Positions 10,515 to 20,194 of a stretch of 64,000 nt of DNA are shown here, one piece after another (position 1 is the first letter of the stretch; every line of letters starts with the position of its first letter). A model generated the notes under the pieces. That model was not told the origin of the DNA, made no database searches, and was given only the letters and a program-made list of their open reading frames with translations. A program made the position numbers and the translations under genes. This stretch comes from Candidatus Sumerlaeaceae bacterium (GTDB lineage Bacteria > Sumerlaeota > Sumerlaeia > Sumerlaeales > Sumerlaeaceae): assembly GCA_051003195.1 (NCBI GenBank), contig JBPCLP010000021.1, positions 250,016 to 314,015 on the forward strand, in the 5' to 3' direction.

Positions 10515-11983
10515 AACTTCCCTGCCGGCACCGGATTGATTAAAACCCCAAGCACGTACAAGCTTCGGTCTTCTCCTTTTTCTGAGACTGCGTCCGCTTC
10601 GGCGGAGTACGCCAGTTTTATTTCATGATTTCCCGGCGAGAGCCTGGAAGTAACAGAATAACAATCCCAGCCCTCGCGCGCGACATACAGCTCACCTGGC
10701 GAAAAAGTGTCTATTTGAATGCGAATCACAGGCCCCAGATTCTGCGCCATGTCCGATGCGGCGATAATGGTCACCCGGAACTCCGCTGGTGCGGATACAG
10801 AAAAAGCCGCCGCGAGTTCCCCATACTGTCGAAAAAGCGCAATGCCCTCCGCTGAAAGTGGCACAGTGCAGGTTGTCTCGGACGCTTTGATGTACGTCGC
10901 ACCATAAAGACTCTGCACGAACTCTTCGGGATACGTGCGTACCATAGCCTGCTCACCCGCAATGTCATATGCGCGCAACTGGAGCTGCAGATTTGAGCTG
11001 AGCGATGCAGCAGTCAGGTACTCGGCATACGCGTCACTCAGGCGCTGCTTCGACGAGAGCAAATCTCCCTGTAGCATCCGGAGCACTGGATCGTCGGTTG
11101 AACTATATGCCGGCGTAGTCAGTCCAGTGTCAGGCTCGAAACGCAGCTTCTGTACTTCAAGCCACAATGAAGCGCGTTGCCTGCTATTTACCACACGTGT
11201 CTGGCGGGGCAGATCCAGTACCGTAACGGTTGAGGTCAGCTGATCTTCTGCTGCACGCATGACCTCTCTTTGTACGTCCAATAGAAACTTCGCCGGGCTT
11301 GATTGTGTATCTACGTAGTACTGGGACTGCGGGTAGTTTCCGCTGAGCGCCGCACTTGCAGCGCCGAGCAATCGGGATCGTGGATTTTTGTCATGCCGAT
11401 CTATCGCCTCTTGCAACATCCCGGCGGCGTCTTCCCACATTCCTCGACGCATCGCGAGCCGACCGCTCCACGAATGCCACAGCATACTCTCGAGGTGCAT
11501 ACGTGATTCCGGCTGCGGAACCTCGCCCATAACATTTGGATCTTGGGAAGGTGCGAGCGCAGCCTCACCCAGGGCGGCAAGTTGTTGCTCAACCGCACTC
11601 AGGGTCTTTGTGCTCTGACTTTCTGCAAGTGCACCAAGCAGCCGTCGTGCTTCATCGTCTTTGCCGATTTCGTAACAGGCGATTGCGAGCCAGTAGTCAC
11701 GCTGCGCTCCTGAAAGAGCTGGCTGTTTCAGTGCCACATGCGCCGCTTGCCATTTAGCCTGGCGAAGCAGGGCTTCACCCAATCGCACCTGGGCCGCGGC
11801 GTTGCCAGGCTGGCTCTTTACAAGCGCCGAAAAACGGCGTTCAGCCTCCGGAAAGCTGCCCTGGTGCAGGGCATACAATGCCCTGTTAAATTGAAGGCGA
11901 AAAACAAAGCGCGACAGATATGCAGCTGCGAGTCCAATGATTGCAATAAGCAGTAGCGCAGATACGACTCGCCGCAGCGTCAC
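10511..11983 (-). CDS. Membrane-anchored TPR protein with C-terminal CBM60-like beta domain
   Basis: N-terminal TM, TPR repeats (AQVRLGEALLRQAKWQAA), C-terminal AAS...GPVIRI...GNHEIKLAY...EDRSLYV. Confidence 0.65.
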   Translation of the reverse strand: MTLRRVVSALLLIAIIGLAAAYLSRFVFRLQFNRALYALHQGSFPEAERRFSALVKSQPGNAAAQVRLGEALLRQAKWQAAHVALKQPALSGAQRDYWLAIACYEIGKDDEARRLLGALAESQSTKTLSAVEQQLAALGEAALAPSQDPNVMGEVPQPESRMHLESMLWHSWSGRLAMRRGMWEDAAGMLQEAIDRHDKNPRSRLLGAASAALSGNYPQSQYYVDTQSSPAKFLLDVQREVMRAAEDQLTSTVTVLDLPRQTRVVNSRQRASLWLEVQKLRFEPDTGLTTPAYSSTDDPVLRMLQGDLLSSKQRLSDAYAEYLTAASLSSNLQLQLRAYDIAGEQAMVRTYPEEFVQSLYGATYIKASETTCTVPLSAEGIALFRQYGELAAAFSVSAPAEFRVTIIAASDMAQNLGPVIRIQIDTFSPGELYVAREGWDCYSVTSRLSPGNHEIKLAYSAEADAVSEKGEDRSLYVLGVLINPVPAGKF

Positions 11984-12723
11984 GTGCCCACGTTCATCGT
12001 GCTGCGAATCTGGCGAAGTCGCTGCTCGACGGTTGCGCTCGTCGCAAGTGTGCCTTTCGGCAGGTCGCGCATTGCTGCGATCCGTTGATAAAGCCCGTAC
12101 GCAGCACGCTGATTTCCGGAACGCTCCGCGGCGAGTGCTCTAAGGTATATCGAATTAACATTGTCGGCCTGCGAGCGAACGACCTGCGAAGCCAGCTGCT
12201 CCAGCCGCACATCATCAGAAGCACGGTATGCCATTATCATAAGATGCTCGAGCGCCCGCACATTTCCGGGCTGCACTCGTTCGGCTTTCTCGTATAATGC
12301 GCGAGCTTTCTCGAGTTCATTCTTGCGAGTGACTCCGTCAGCTTCTGCAAGCTTCTCATGAACTGCGCCCAGTTGTTCAAAGGCCCGCACCGGACGATAT
12401 GTTCGAATAGCAATCTGCTGTCGTTCCCGTGCAGCCTCATACTGCTTCTGCGCAAGAAGCAGCGCTGCTAATTCGGTGTTTGCGCGACCCATGGAGGGAT
12501 CGTACGCCACCGCTGTTCTCAACAGGCGCTCATATTCGGCGACGGATTTTTCGCCGCGCTGCGCAGCAACAAGGTAATAACGGGAATAGTAGCCGCGAAT
12601 CACAATGCTCATTCCGGTTAACATGACTCCGCATAGTGCAAGCTTCGCAAATAACGAGAAGGAACGCGTCAGGCTTGAGCGTTCAGTTTCTGGCGGGTTG
12701 ATGGCCGGTGCTGTTGCTGGCAT
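11980..12723 (-). CDS. Membrane-anchored TPR protein
   Basis: One TM followed by TPR-like repeats (AFEQLGAVHEKL, ARALYEKAERVQPGN, YLRALAAERSGN). Confidence 0.7.
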   Translation of the reverse strand: MPATAPAINPPETERSSLTRSFSLFAKLALCGVMLTGMSIVIRGYYSRYYLVAAQRGEKSVAEYERLLRTAVAYDPSMGRANTELAALLLAQKQYEAARERQQIAIRTYRPVRAFEQLGAVHEKLAEADGVTRKNELEKARALYEKAERVQPGNVRALEHLMIMAYRASDDVRLEQLASQVVRSQADNVNSIYLRALAAERSGNQRAAYGLYQRIAAMRDLPKGTLATSATVEQRLRQIRSTMNVGT

Positions 12724-12773
12724 ATCAATATTGACGGTCAGCGATGCTCATCGGCCAGAAGCTGTAAAGTAGA

Positions 12774-15700
12774 TTACGCAGACAGAAGAGGCAGCTTCGT
12801 GGAAAGGCTTCCGCAGTTTTGCTGCATCTGTGTATAAAGCGCGTCTATCTGCTGCCGAAGTGCTTTCTGTTCAGGGTTGGCATCTGTAGAATCGATAATT
12901 CGCCCTGAGACAAGGTCTGCAATCTGCATGTGCACGAGGATACCTGCCGTTGCCAGGATTGCGGTTTGATATACCGCCAGCCGTTCTACAATAGTCCGAC
13001 TTTCCGCGTTCGGTGCTACGACCAGCAGTTGCGAACCATCGTGGCCAGACAACTCCAGATCCGGCCGCATCGAAATCAGGAATCCGTGTAATGCGACCGT
13101 TGTCGAAGTTCCACTGCGGAATTGTCTGTCCGGCTCAAGTTTCCCCAATAGATCCCATGCAAGCGCCAGTTGCGTTGAGATCGAAGTTCGTTCGCTCTGT
13201 TGAAACGTTGTCTTGTTCAGGGCAGTAATTGACACATGCGCCGCATTGCCAGACCCTCGGTGAAGTTGAGCAGCGCCTGCAGCAAACGCATGGCGAAACA
13301 GGAGGTATTCCCGCGCTACCGCTGGAGCGATCGCGGTCGCAAGCAGCACGTCCAACGCTATCGCAATCTCTGCGGCAGGAGCCGCAGGCGGACTGAATGG
13401 TATGCGTTTCAAATGCTGCGGTTCAGCAGGACGCTCCCAATCCAGATCGATTTCCAGGCGCTGACGAATCGTGTTCCGCTTCTGTTCAAATCTTCCGTCA
13501 TGCAGGGCGATTGAGGCTGCCGGTTTTTCTTCCCGGTTATCTGCTGAGTCGCTCTCATGTTTTGAAGGACTCGAAGCAGTACGCCGCGTAATAGATAGAT
13601 TGGACAGGTGCGGCAGCATCCATCCATAAAAGGAATCCTGCTCTTGTGTTCCCCCCGCGGTTGCACTTAAAAACAGGTTATCTTTGCACCGCGTCATCGC
13701 GACGTACAGCACCCGCTTTTCTTCGCTGAACGCGCGCTCTTTCTTTTGCCTGGCAAGGTGGCTGGTCAAAAACAGCTTTGGTTTCTCGGCGGACAGCGTT
13801 TTCTGCAAAGCGAGCCACTCGTGACCATCCGTGAGTACTTCTTCGGAGCGCGCCTTTATTGGCTCGGCGAGTTCCGGCAGAAACACGGTGTCGAACTCCA
13901 GACCTTTCGCGGCATGGATGGTCATGATCTGTACCGTATGTTTTCGGGTGGTATGAACTGTTGCCTCCCCCTGGCCGCCGGTATCAAAGGATTCGCTCTC
14001 CACGTAGGCCAGAAACTCGGCCACATCGGTACTTTGCATTGCGCGGCTAAGCTCGACAAATCGCTGCACGTTGGCAAGTGACTGTGAGCCCCTTGCGCTT
14101 GCACCGAAAATCACACGAGCCCCTGTGAGTTGTACGATCGCCGTGAGCAGATCACCGAGATCTGAAAAGCCAACCATTTGCGTTAGCTGGTGGATTATAG
14201 TCGTCAGCTGGTTAAGTCGGCACAGATCTTCCTGCTGCAGCGCTAGTTGCTCTGAGTTCGTATTATTATACCCGCTCCCTGCGGCCCTACAGCACTTGTC
14301 CCAAAAGGTGCGACCGCGCCCGAGCGCTATCTTCAGCAGCAGGTCATCCGGGAAATTGAAGAGTGCACCCCGGCAGACTTCCAGTACTGTACGGTCTTCG
14401 TGCGGGTTTTCGAGCAGTCGCAGCACCGCGACCAGATCCAGCACTTCGGGCTGCTCGTAAAGACCTTTTCCCCGGTGCGTTACATATGGAATGTCGCGCG
14501 AGCGAAGAGCGCGCTCGTAGGTTTCGAAGTGTTTTCGCTTCCGTAGCAGGATGGCAATCGTTCCGGCTGGGCCTTCCGCTGCCAGCAGCTCCTTTATTTC
14601 CCGCGCTACGACTTCCGCTTCACCACAGTCTTCGGGGTCTTCCTCAGTATCGTCGCCCCGCTGCCTCTGGGCCCTATGGCAAAGCAGCAATGTCGTTTGC
14701 CCTGGAGGATCAAGCCGCTGGGGCTCAAGCGCTTCGAACGCGACTTCATGTACAGATTGAGATACATCCATCAATTGCGCAAAAAGCTCGTTCACTGCAC
14801 GCAATGGAGTCGAAAGAGATCGGAAATTATAAGCGATCGAGACATGCCCGCGGCATTCATCGGCCGGGTTACTATCAATCACCAGATCACGGACGTGGGC
14901 AAAGAGTGTGCTGCTGGCCTGGCGAAACCCGTATACTCCCTGCTTCGGGTCGCCGACCATAAAAAAGCGACGCGGCAGCATGCGTGTGTCGTCCGCGCAA
15001 ACAATTGGCCCGAGAATACGCCATTGCAGTTCGCTGGTGTCCTGGAATTCGTCCACGATGAGGTAGCGAACCCGATCGCGCAGCTTCATGCGGACTGCCG
15101 CATTGGATATAATTAACCGCTCCGCGAGCAGTTCCAGGTCCGTAAAATCCAGAAGGTCCACTTCATCGGCGGAATTGGCAGCGCTGCGCGACTGGCCGTA
15201 TACTTCCTCCGCACGGAAGTACAGCCGGGCCAGCATCGCGGCCAGCGTGACGCTCTGCCGGTCATCGGTCCCAAGCTCCATGGCCGCGGCTTCTGCCGAG
15301 GCATTGCAGGCATTGAGCAGCCGCTGCACACATTCCTGATGATTTGCTAATCCGAGCGATTTCTCGAGCGCTTTGCGCAGTGTTCCATCTTTTGTGAACA
15401 GTACCGCCTGGACCTCGCAGGCCAGTTCTATAAAATCCGTCCATCTGTCGTGCTCTTCAACGGTCGTACTCAGGCGATCCGCCAATGGCCGTAGAAGCGG
15501 TTCGCTTGCGGTGCCGACTGCTTCCATAAGCGCGCCCAAACAACGCAGCAGATCGTTTTGTAGCTGCTCCTTGCTGGAACCTGCGGCCTGGCCGCACAAT
15601 ACCTCCAGCTCGGCAAAAATCTTTTCCTCAGGTTCGCTCACATAGCGGTGGCATGGTGGACCAAATTCCGCGCGCCGCGCCAGCATGGTCTCCAGCATTC

Positions 15701-16226
15701 CATAAAGCTGCCGCTGGGTATAAACGACCTGCAACGTAAGGAGATCGGTGTATTCGCGTCGGTTCTCATCCGTCATTGCTTCCGCAACAGCCTGACGTAC
15801 CGCATCACGCCGGAGTGAAGATTCCTGTGCTCCTTCCACAATGGCGAAGTCGGGGTTCAACCGGGCATCAAATGCGAACTCGCGCAGAGTCCGGCTGCAG
15901 AAATTGTGAATAGTCCCGATTGGCGCCCCGGCCACTTCGCGACGCAGCTCCAACAGTCTTGCCCGGCGCTCCGGTAATGCGCTGCCGCTCGCCAGCTCTT
16001 CGCGCACGCGCTTCACAATCCGCTGCCGGAGTTCGTTCGCAGCCTTGATCGTAAAGGTAATCGCCACGACGGATTCGATTGGCCAATCCGGATGCTCGTC
16101 CACCAGCAGACGAAAATATTTCTCCACCAGGACGCGCGTTTTGCCCGATCCTGCACCAGCCGACACTGCGACATTACCAGGGTATTCAAGCGCGAGCTGC
16201 TGCTGGGGTTTAAAGCTGAACGACAT
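12774..16226 (-). CDS. addA: AddA/RecB-like UvrD-family helicase with degenerate C-terminal nuclease-like domain
   Basis: AGAGSGKT, ITFT, TIHNFC, DEFQD, VGDPKQ.Y.FR, NFRS, TIHAAKGLEF, EEKRVLYVAMTR; 1150 aa. Confidence 0.88.
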   Translation of the reverse strand: MSFSFKPQQQLALEYPGNVAVSAGAGSGKTRVLVEKYFRLLVDEHPDWPIESVVAITFTIKAANELRQRIVKRVREELASGSALPERRARLLELRREVAGAPIGTIHNFCSRTLREFAFDARLNPDFAIVEGAQESSLRRDAVRQAVAEAMTDENRREYTDLLTLQVVYTQRQLYGMLETMLARRAEFGPPCHRYVSEPEEKIFAELEVLCGQAAGSSKEQLQNDLLRCLGALMEAVGTASEPLLRPLADRLSTTVEEHDRWTDFIELACEVQAVLFTKDGTLRKALEKSLGLANHQECVQRLLNACNASAEAAAMELGTDDRQSVTLAAMLARLYFRAEEVYGQSRSAANSADEVDLLDFTDLELLAERLIISNAAVRMKLRDRVRYLIVDEFQDTSELQWRILGPIVCADDTRMLPRRFFMVGDPKQGVYGFRQASSTLFAHVRDLVIDSNPADECRGHVSIAYNFRSLSTPLRAVNELFAQLMDVSQSVHEVAFEALEPQRLDPPGQTTLLLCHRAQRQRGDDTEEDPEDCGEAEVVAREIKELLAAEGPAGTIAILLRKRKHFETYERALRSRDIPYVTHRGKGLYEQPEVLDLVAVLRLLENPHEDRTVLEVCRGALFNFPDDLLLKIALGRGRTFWDKCCRAAGSGYNNTNSEQLALQQEDLCRLNQLTTIIHQLTQMVGFSDLGDLLTAIVQLTGARVIFGASARGSQSLANVQRFVELSRAMQSTDVAEFLAYVESESFDTGGQGEATVHTTRKHTVQIMTIHAAKGLEFDTVFLPELAEPIKARSEEVLTDGHEWLALQKTLSAEKPKLFLTSHLARQKKERAFSEEKRVLYVAMTRCKDNLFLSATAGGTQEQDSFYGWMLPHLSNLSITRRTASSPSKHESDSADNREEKPAASIALHDGRFEQKRNTIRQRLEIDLDWERPAEPQHLKRIPFSPPAAPAAEIAIALDVLLATAIAPAVAREYLLFRHAFAAGAAQLHRGSGNAAHVSITALNKTTFQQSERTSISTQLALAWDLLGKLEPDRQFRSGTSTTVALHGFLISMRPDLELSGHDGSQLLVVAPNAESRTIVERLAVYQTAILATAGILVHMQIADLVSGRIIDSTDANPEQKALRQQIDALYTQMQQNCGSLSTKLPLLSA

Positions 16227-16237
16227 CCCCGCTCTTA

Positions 16238-17881
16238 CTAAATGTCGATACCGGCGAGCTGCGTTACGCCTGTCGGGTGCATTTTGAAATTCGTGACACG
16301 TTTGCGGATGGCGAGAGTCTGCTTGGCGTGATTCAATATGATGAAGGGCGGGTTTGCCGCCAGCATCTGCTCTGCTCGTTTGTACATTTCAGCGCGTTTG
16401 TTCTCGTCCTTTTCCATGGAGGCATCTCGCATGAGCTTTGTGGCTTCGGGGTTCACGTAATTGGAATCGTTATCTTCGCGCCCTGCCAGCTCATAAATAA
16501 AGTTATCTGGATCACCATTGTCCGACACCCATCCCGAATTCGCCATCTGGTAGTCCTTTGCCTTGGTCTTGCTTAGAAAGGTGGAAAACTCCATCTGATC
16601 GATCTTTGTGGTTACACCCACCTTCGAAAGATCCTGCTGAATGCGCTCTGCCAGCTTGATACCAACCGGGTAGTAAATGCGCGGACGATCGTGCGACGAG
16701 AACGTAACCGTGAACCCGTTTGGAAATCCAGCCTCGGCCAGCAATGCTTTCGCCTTGCCCGGATCGTACGGAAAACCGGGCAGTTCGGATGAGTGGCCCA
16801 GCATGCCGGGGGGAATTACGGTCTTTGCGGCGACACTGGAACCAGCGAATAGAGTGTTCACTATGTACTGGCGGTCGATGGCGTAACAAAGGGCCAGGCG
16901 CACCTTCGGATTATCGAATGGTGATCGCTGGTTATTGAGGGAGATATATCCAAGGTTCATCGATGGCTCGCTGATGACGGCGATGGCCGGGTCTTCGCGG
17001 AGCATGGGAATAGCGGTCGGCTCTATACCGGAAATAACGTCTATTTCCCCTTTGCGCAGGCTGTTCATTCGAACGTTTGCGTCACGCAGGATCCGAATTC
17101 GAACTTCATCGAGTTTGGCAGGTGTGCCCCAGTACTTCGGATTTTTATCGATGGTAACTGCCTCGTCGCGCCGATAATTGCGGAGCGCGAAGGGTCCGGT
17201 CCCAACCATGGTGGTATTGAAATCTTTGCCATATGTACGAACCGCTGCCGGGCAGACAATGGAAGCTGGCGTCATCGCCATATTCTTGAGAAAGGGGGTG
17301 TAAGGCCGCGCAAGTGTGAACGTCACCGTATGAGCGTCCGTCGCGGAAACATCCGTGACCAGTTGCGTTTCCGTGCTGGTACGGTCGCCGTACAGGAAAT
17401 TGGCATAGCGCATTTTGCCGGGGACGTGAAAGGGATGATTTGAATCCGTCTGGCGCATGACTGAAAAAACGACAGCATCCGCGTCCACTGGAGAGCCGTC
17501 GTGGAAGGTGGCATTATGGCGCAGATGAAATGTCCACTTCAGCCCGTCCTCCGACATTTCCCACTTTTCGGCGATCGCCGGCTCGACTTCCACAGAGTCT
17601 GGCTTGAATTTGACCAGGCCTTCGTACACCTGCTGCGCAACGAGCGCCGATTCGATATCCGTGATGAGCGCCGGGTCCATGTTGGACAGGTCATTGCCAA
17701 TCGCGTAGCTGAGCACCTTGCGTCCTGATTCCGCTCTACCACCGGCAGCGGACTTGCGCCGCGAACCTCCGTCACCGCAACCAGGCAGCAGCAGGGCAGC
17801 CCCCAGACCCATCACCGCGATCCTGAAGCATGTTCTCTTAAGCTGAACTAAAACGGGTTGCGCCGACGTTGACAACGCCAC
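16238..17881 (-). CDS. ABC peptide/nickel family 5 solute-binding lipoprotein (DppA/OppA-like)
   Basis: Lipobox LPGC, VYEGLV, FHDGSPVDADAV, GTGPF, PFDNPKVRLAL, YDPGKAKALLAEAG; GTG start at 17881 with GGAGG. Confidence 0.92.
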   Translation of the reverse strand: MALSTSAQPVLVQLKRTCFRIAVMGLGAALLLPGCGDGGSRRKSAAGGRAESGRKVLSYAIGNDLSNMDPALITDIESALVAQQVYEGLVKFKPDSVEVEPAIAEKWEMSEDGLKWTFHLRHNATFHDGSPVDADAVVFSVMRQTDSNHPFHVPGKMRYANFLYGDRTSTETQLVTDVSATDAHTVTFTLARPYTPFLKNMAMTPASIVCPAAVRTYGKDFNTTMVGTGPFALRNYRRDEAVTIDKNPKYWGTPAKLDEVRIRILRDANVRMNSLRKGEIDVISGIEPTAIPMLREDPAIAVISEPSMNLGYISLNNQRSPFDNPKVRLALCYAIDRQYIVNTLFAGSSVAAKTVIPPGMLGHSSELPGFPYDPGKAKALLAEAGFPNGFTVTFSSHDRPRIYYPVGIKLAERIQQDLSKVGVTTKIDQMEFSTFLSKTKAKDYQMANSGWVSDNGDPDNFIYELAGREDNDSNYVNPEATKLMRDASMEKDENKRAEMYKRAEQMLAANPPFIILNHAKQTLAIRKRVTNFKMHPTGVTQLAGIDI

Positions 17882-17976
17882 TAAGCCCCTCCACCTGACC
17901 AGTAGTTGCACAATAGACCAGTCCATTCTGCGCTGGCACACCGCCAGTAAGTCAAACGAAAGCCAAACTCTCCAAA

Positions 17977-18987
17977 ATGAGCCAAAAAGTACACAATGTG
18001 AGCCTGATACCGGGCGATGGAATTGGTCCCGAAGTCGTGGATGCCACGGTTCGAATTATAGAAGCGACGGGGGTTCGCTTCAATTGGGACCGACTGGAAG
18101 CTGGCGGCGGAGTGGCCATGAAGTATGGTACTCCCCTGCCGGAGCACGTTTTCACGTCGATCATCCGCAACGGCGTCGCGCTGAAGGGGCCCATTACAAC
18201 TCCTATCGGCGGTGGCTTTGCCAGCGTGAACGTGACAATCCGCCAGAAACTAAACCTTTATGCAAATCTGCGCCCGGCGCACAGCTTGCCTGCGATTAAA
18301 ACACGTTACGAGGATATCGACCTCGTGGTGGTGCGGGAAAACACTGAGGACTTGTACGCTGGCCTGGAGCACATTGTAGTTCCCGGTGTTGTCGAAAGCC
18401 TGAAAATTATCACCGAAAAGGCATCGACCGCGATTGCGAAGTTCGCATTCGATTATGCCGAGAAAAACGGTCGCAAGCTCGTGACCGCGGTCCACAAAGC
18501 GAACATCATGAAGTTGTCAGACGGACTGTTTCTCGACTGCTGCCGAAAAATCTCCAAGCTGTACCCCGACATTGAATACAAGGAAGTCATTGTCGACAAT
18601 CTGTGCATGCAACTCGTCACAAACCCAAACCAGTACGATGTGCTGTTGATGGAGAATCTCTACGGAGACATTGTGAGCGACCTGTGCGCAGGATTAGTCG
18701 GTGGCCTGGGCGTTGTTCCGGCGGCGAATATCGGTGAAGGGATTGCCGTCTTCGAGGCCGTCCACGGAAGTGCGCCGGACATCGCCGGGCGTAACATCGC
18801 GAACCCGACCGCCGTGCTCTTCAGCGGATTGTTGATGCTGAAGCATCTGGGTGAAATGGAAGCCGCGCAGCGCATTCACAAAGCGGTGCTGCAGGTCATG
18901 GCGGAGGCGAAGAGCCTGACCCGCGACGTGGGCGGGAGCGTCGGCACCAGTGAATATGCAGACGCGATCATCGCGAAGCTGCAGTAG
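17977..18987 (+). CDS. icd: Isocitrate/isopropylmalate dehydrogenase family, NAD-dependent IDH-like
   Basis: IPGDGIGPEV, LKGPITTP, RENTEDLY, VHKANIMKLSDGLF, NLYGDIVSD, EAVHGSAPDIAG. Confidence 0.9.
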   Translation: MSQKVHNVSLIPGDGIGPEVVDATVRIIEATGVRFNWDRLEAGGGVAMKYGTPLPEHVFTSIIRNGVALKGPITTPIGGGFASVNVTIRQKLNLYANLRPAHSLPAIKTRYEDIDLVVVRENTEDLYAGLEHIVVPGVVESLKIITEKASTAIAKFAFDYAEKNGRKLVTAVHKANIMKLSDGLFLDCCRKISKLYPDIEYKEVIVDNLCMQLVTNPNQYDVLLMENLYGDIVSDLCAGLVGGLGVVPAANIGEGIAVFEAVHGSAPDIAGRNIANPTAVLFSGLLMLKHLGEMEAAQRIHKAVLQVMAEAKSLTRDVGGSVGTSEYADAIIAKLQ

Positions 18988-20188
18988 AGTCCGTATTTTC
19001 GGTGAGCGCGCTCGGACTGAATGGTAGCAGGTCCAGGTATCTGCTGACAAACTGCTCTGTCGTGAATTGTGTGAGCGCCCGTTGGCGCCCCGCCTGGCCA
19101 AGCCGGCTGGCCAACACTTGATCACCGAGCAACCGACGTATGGCGCCAGCCACTTCTTCTGCCGATTCGGGATTCACCAGCAAGCCAGTTTCTTCATGCA
19201 CGACCGCATCCGGTGCGCCACCGCTACGTCCGGCAATGACAGGCTTGCCCGCCAGGCCTGCTTCCAGAAAGACGATCCCGAAACCTTCCCGCTCACCATC
19301 CGACATTTGGCGGTTCGGCATGCAGAAGATATCTGCGATGGCGTAAACCGAGCGGCTGTCCTGCACCGTACCGAGGAACCGCACGACCTGTTCGATGCCG
19401 AGTTCCCCGGCAAGGTTCTGCAACCGCGGCAGATCCGAACCTTCTCCGATGACCAGATAAACCAGGTCTGGAAACTCGCCTGTAAGGATCTTAACTGCGC
19501 GTAAAGTAACGTCGATTCCCTTCCGTGGCGCCAGGCGCCCGAGGGTCAGCAACACGCGCTTTCCATCAAGTCCCAGTTGCTGCCGCAGTGCATGCACTTG
19601 CAGCGGGTCCGGTGGTTCAGAGTCATTTACCGCAGGCGGAATTACGTGTACCTTTTTATCGAGCCCGCTTTCAAGTGCATCGATCTCACGGGCGCTGTCG
19701 GATGTCAGACAAGTGATCTCATCCGCTGCTTCGAGCGCAACCGTCAGCATTCCCCGCATTCGCGTTCCGCGCGAGTACATAGTCACATCTTCGCCATACG
19801 TCATCACGATGTTTTTAAGCCACGGCCGCATACGTTTCACGGCGGCGGCCACATTGCCCAGCGGTAGCGCGTGACCAACAAGCAGCACATCGACATGCTT
19901 GATCGCGAGCACCTGCCTGAATAGAAGCGGAACGATCAGAAATCGCGCGATTCGGCTGACCAGTGGCCGCCGTGAGCCCCCGAGCTGAAACAGGCGATTC
20001 CATGCACGGCTACGGATAATCCGGTATGACTCGCCGGCATCGAATTGCTCAGCACCGCGTACCAAAGGTGTAAGTACCGTCACGTTGTGCCCCGTCGCTA
20101 TGAATCCACGGGCGAGGTCGAGTAACATTTTCTCTGATCCGCCCAGCATCGGCGCAAAGGTATCGCACAGCATCAGCACGTGTGCCAT
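18968..20188 (-). CDS. Glycosyltransferase family 4
   Basis: GGSEK, LGRLAPRKG, EGFGIVFLEAGLAGKPVIAGRSGG; 3' end overlaps icd by 20 bp. Confidence 0.93.
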   Translation of the reverse strand: MAHVLMLCDTFAPMLGGSEKMLLDLARGFIATGHNVTVLTPLVRGAEQFDAGESYRIIRSRAWNRLFQLGGSRRPLVSRIARFLIVPLLFRQVLAIKHVDVLLVGHALPLGNVAAAVKRMRPWLKNIVMTYGEDVTMYSRGTRMRGMLTVALEAADEITCLTSDSAREIDALESGLDKKVHVIPPAVNDSEPPDPLQVHALRQQLGLDGKRVLLTLGRLAPRKGIDVTLRAVKILTGEFPDLVYLVIGEGSDLPRLQNLAGELGIEQVVRFLGTVQDSRSVYAIADIFCMPNRQMSDGEREGFGIVFLEAGLAGKPVIAGRSGGAPDAVVHEETGLLVNPESAEEVAGAIRRLLGDQVLASRLGQAGRQRALTQFTTEQFVSRYLDLLPFSPSALTENTDSTAASR

Positions 20189-20194
20189 GCAGCT

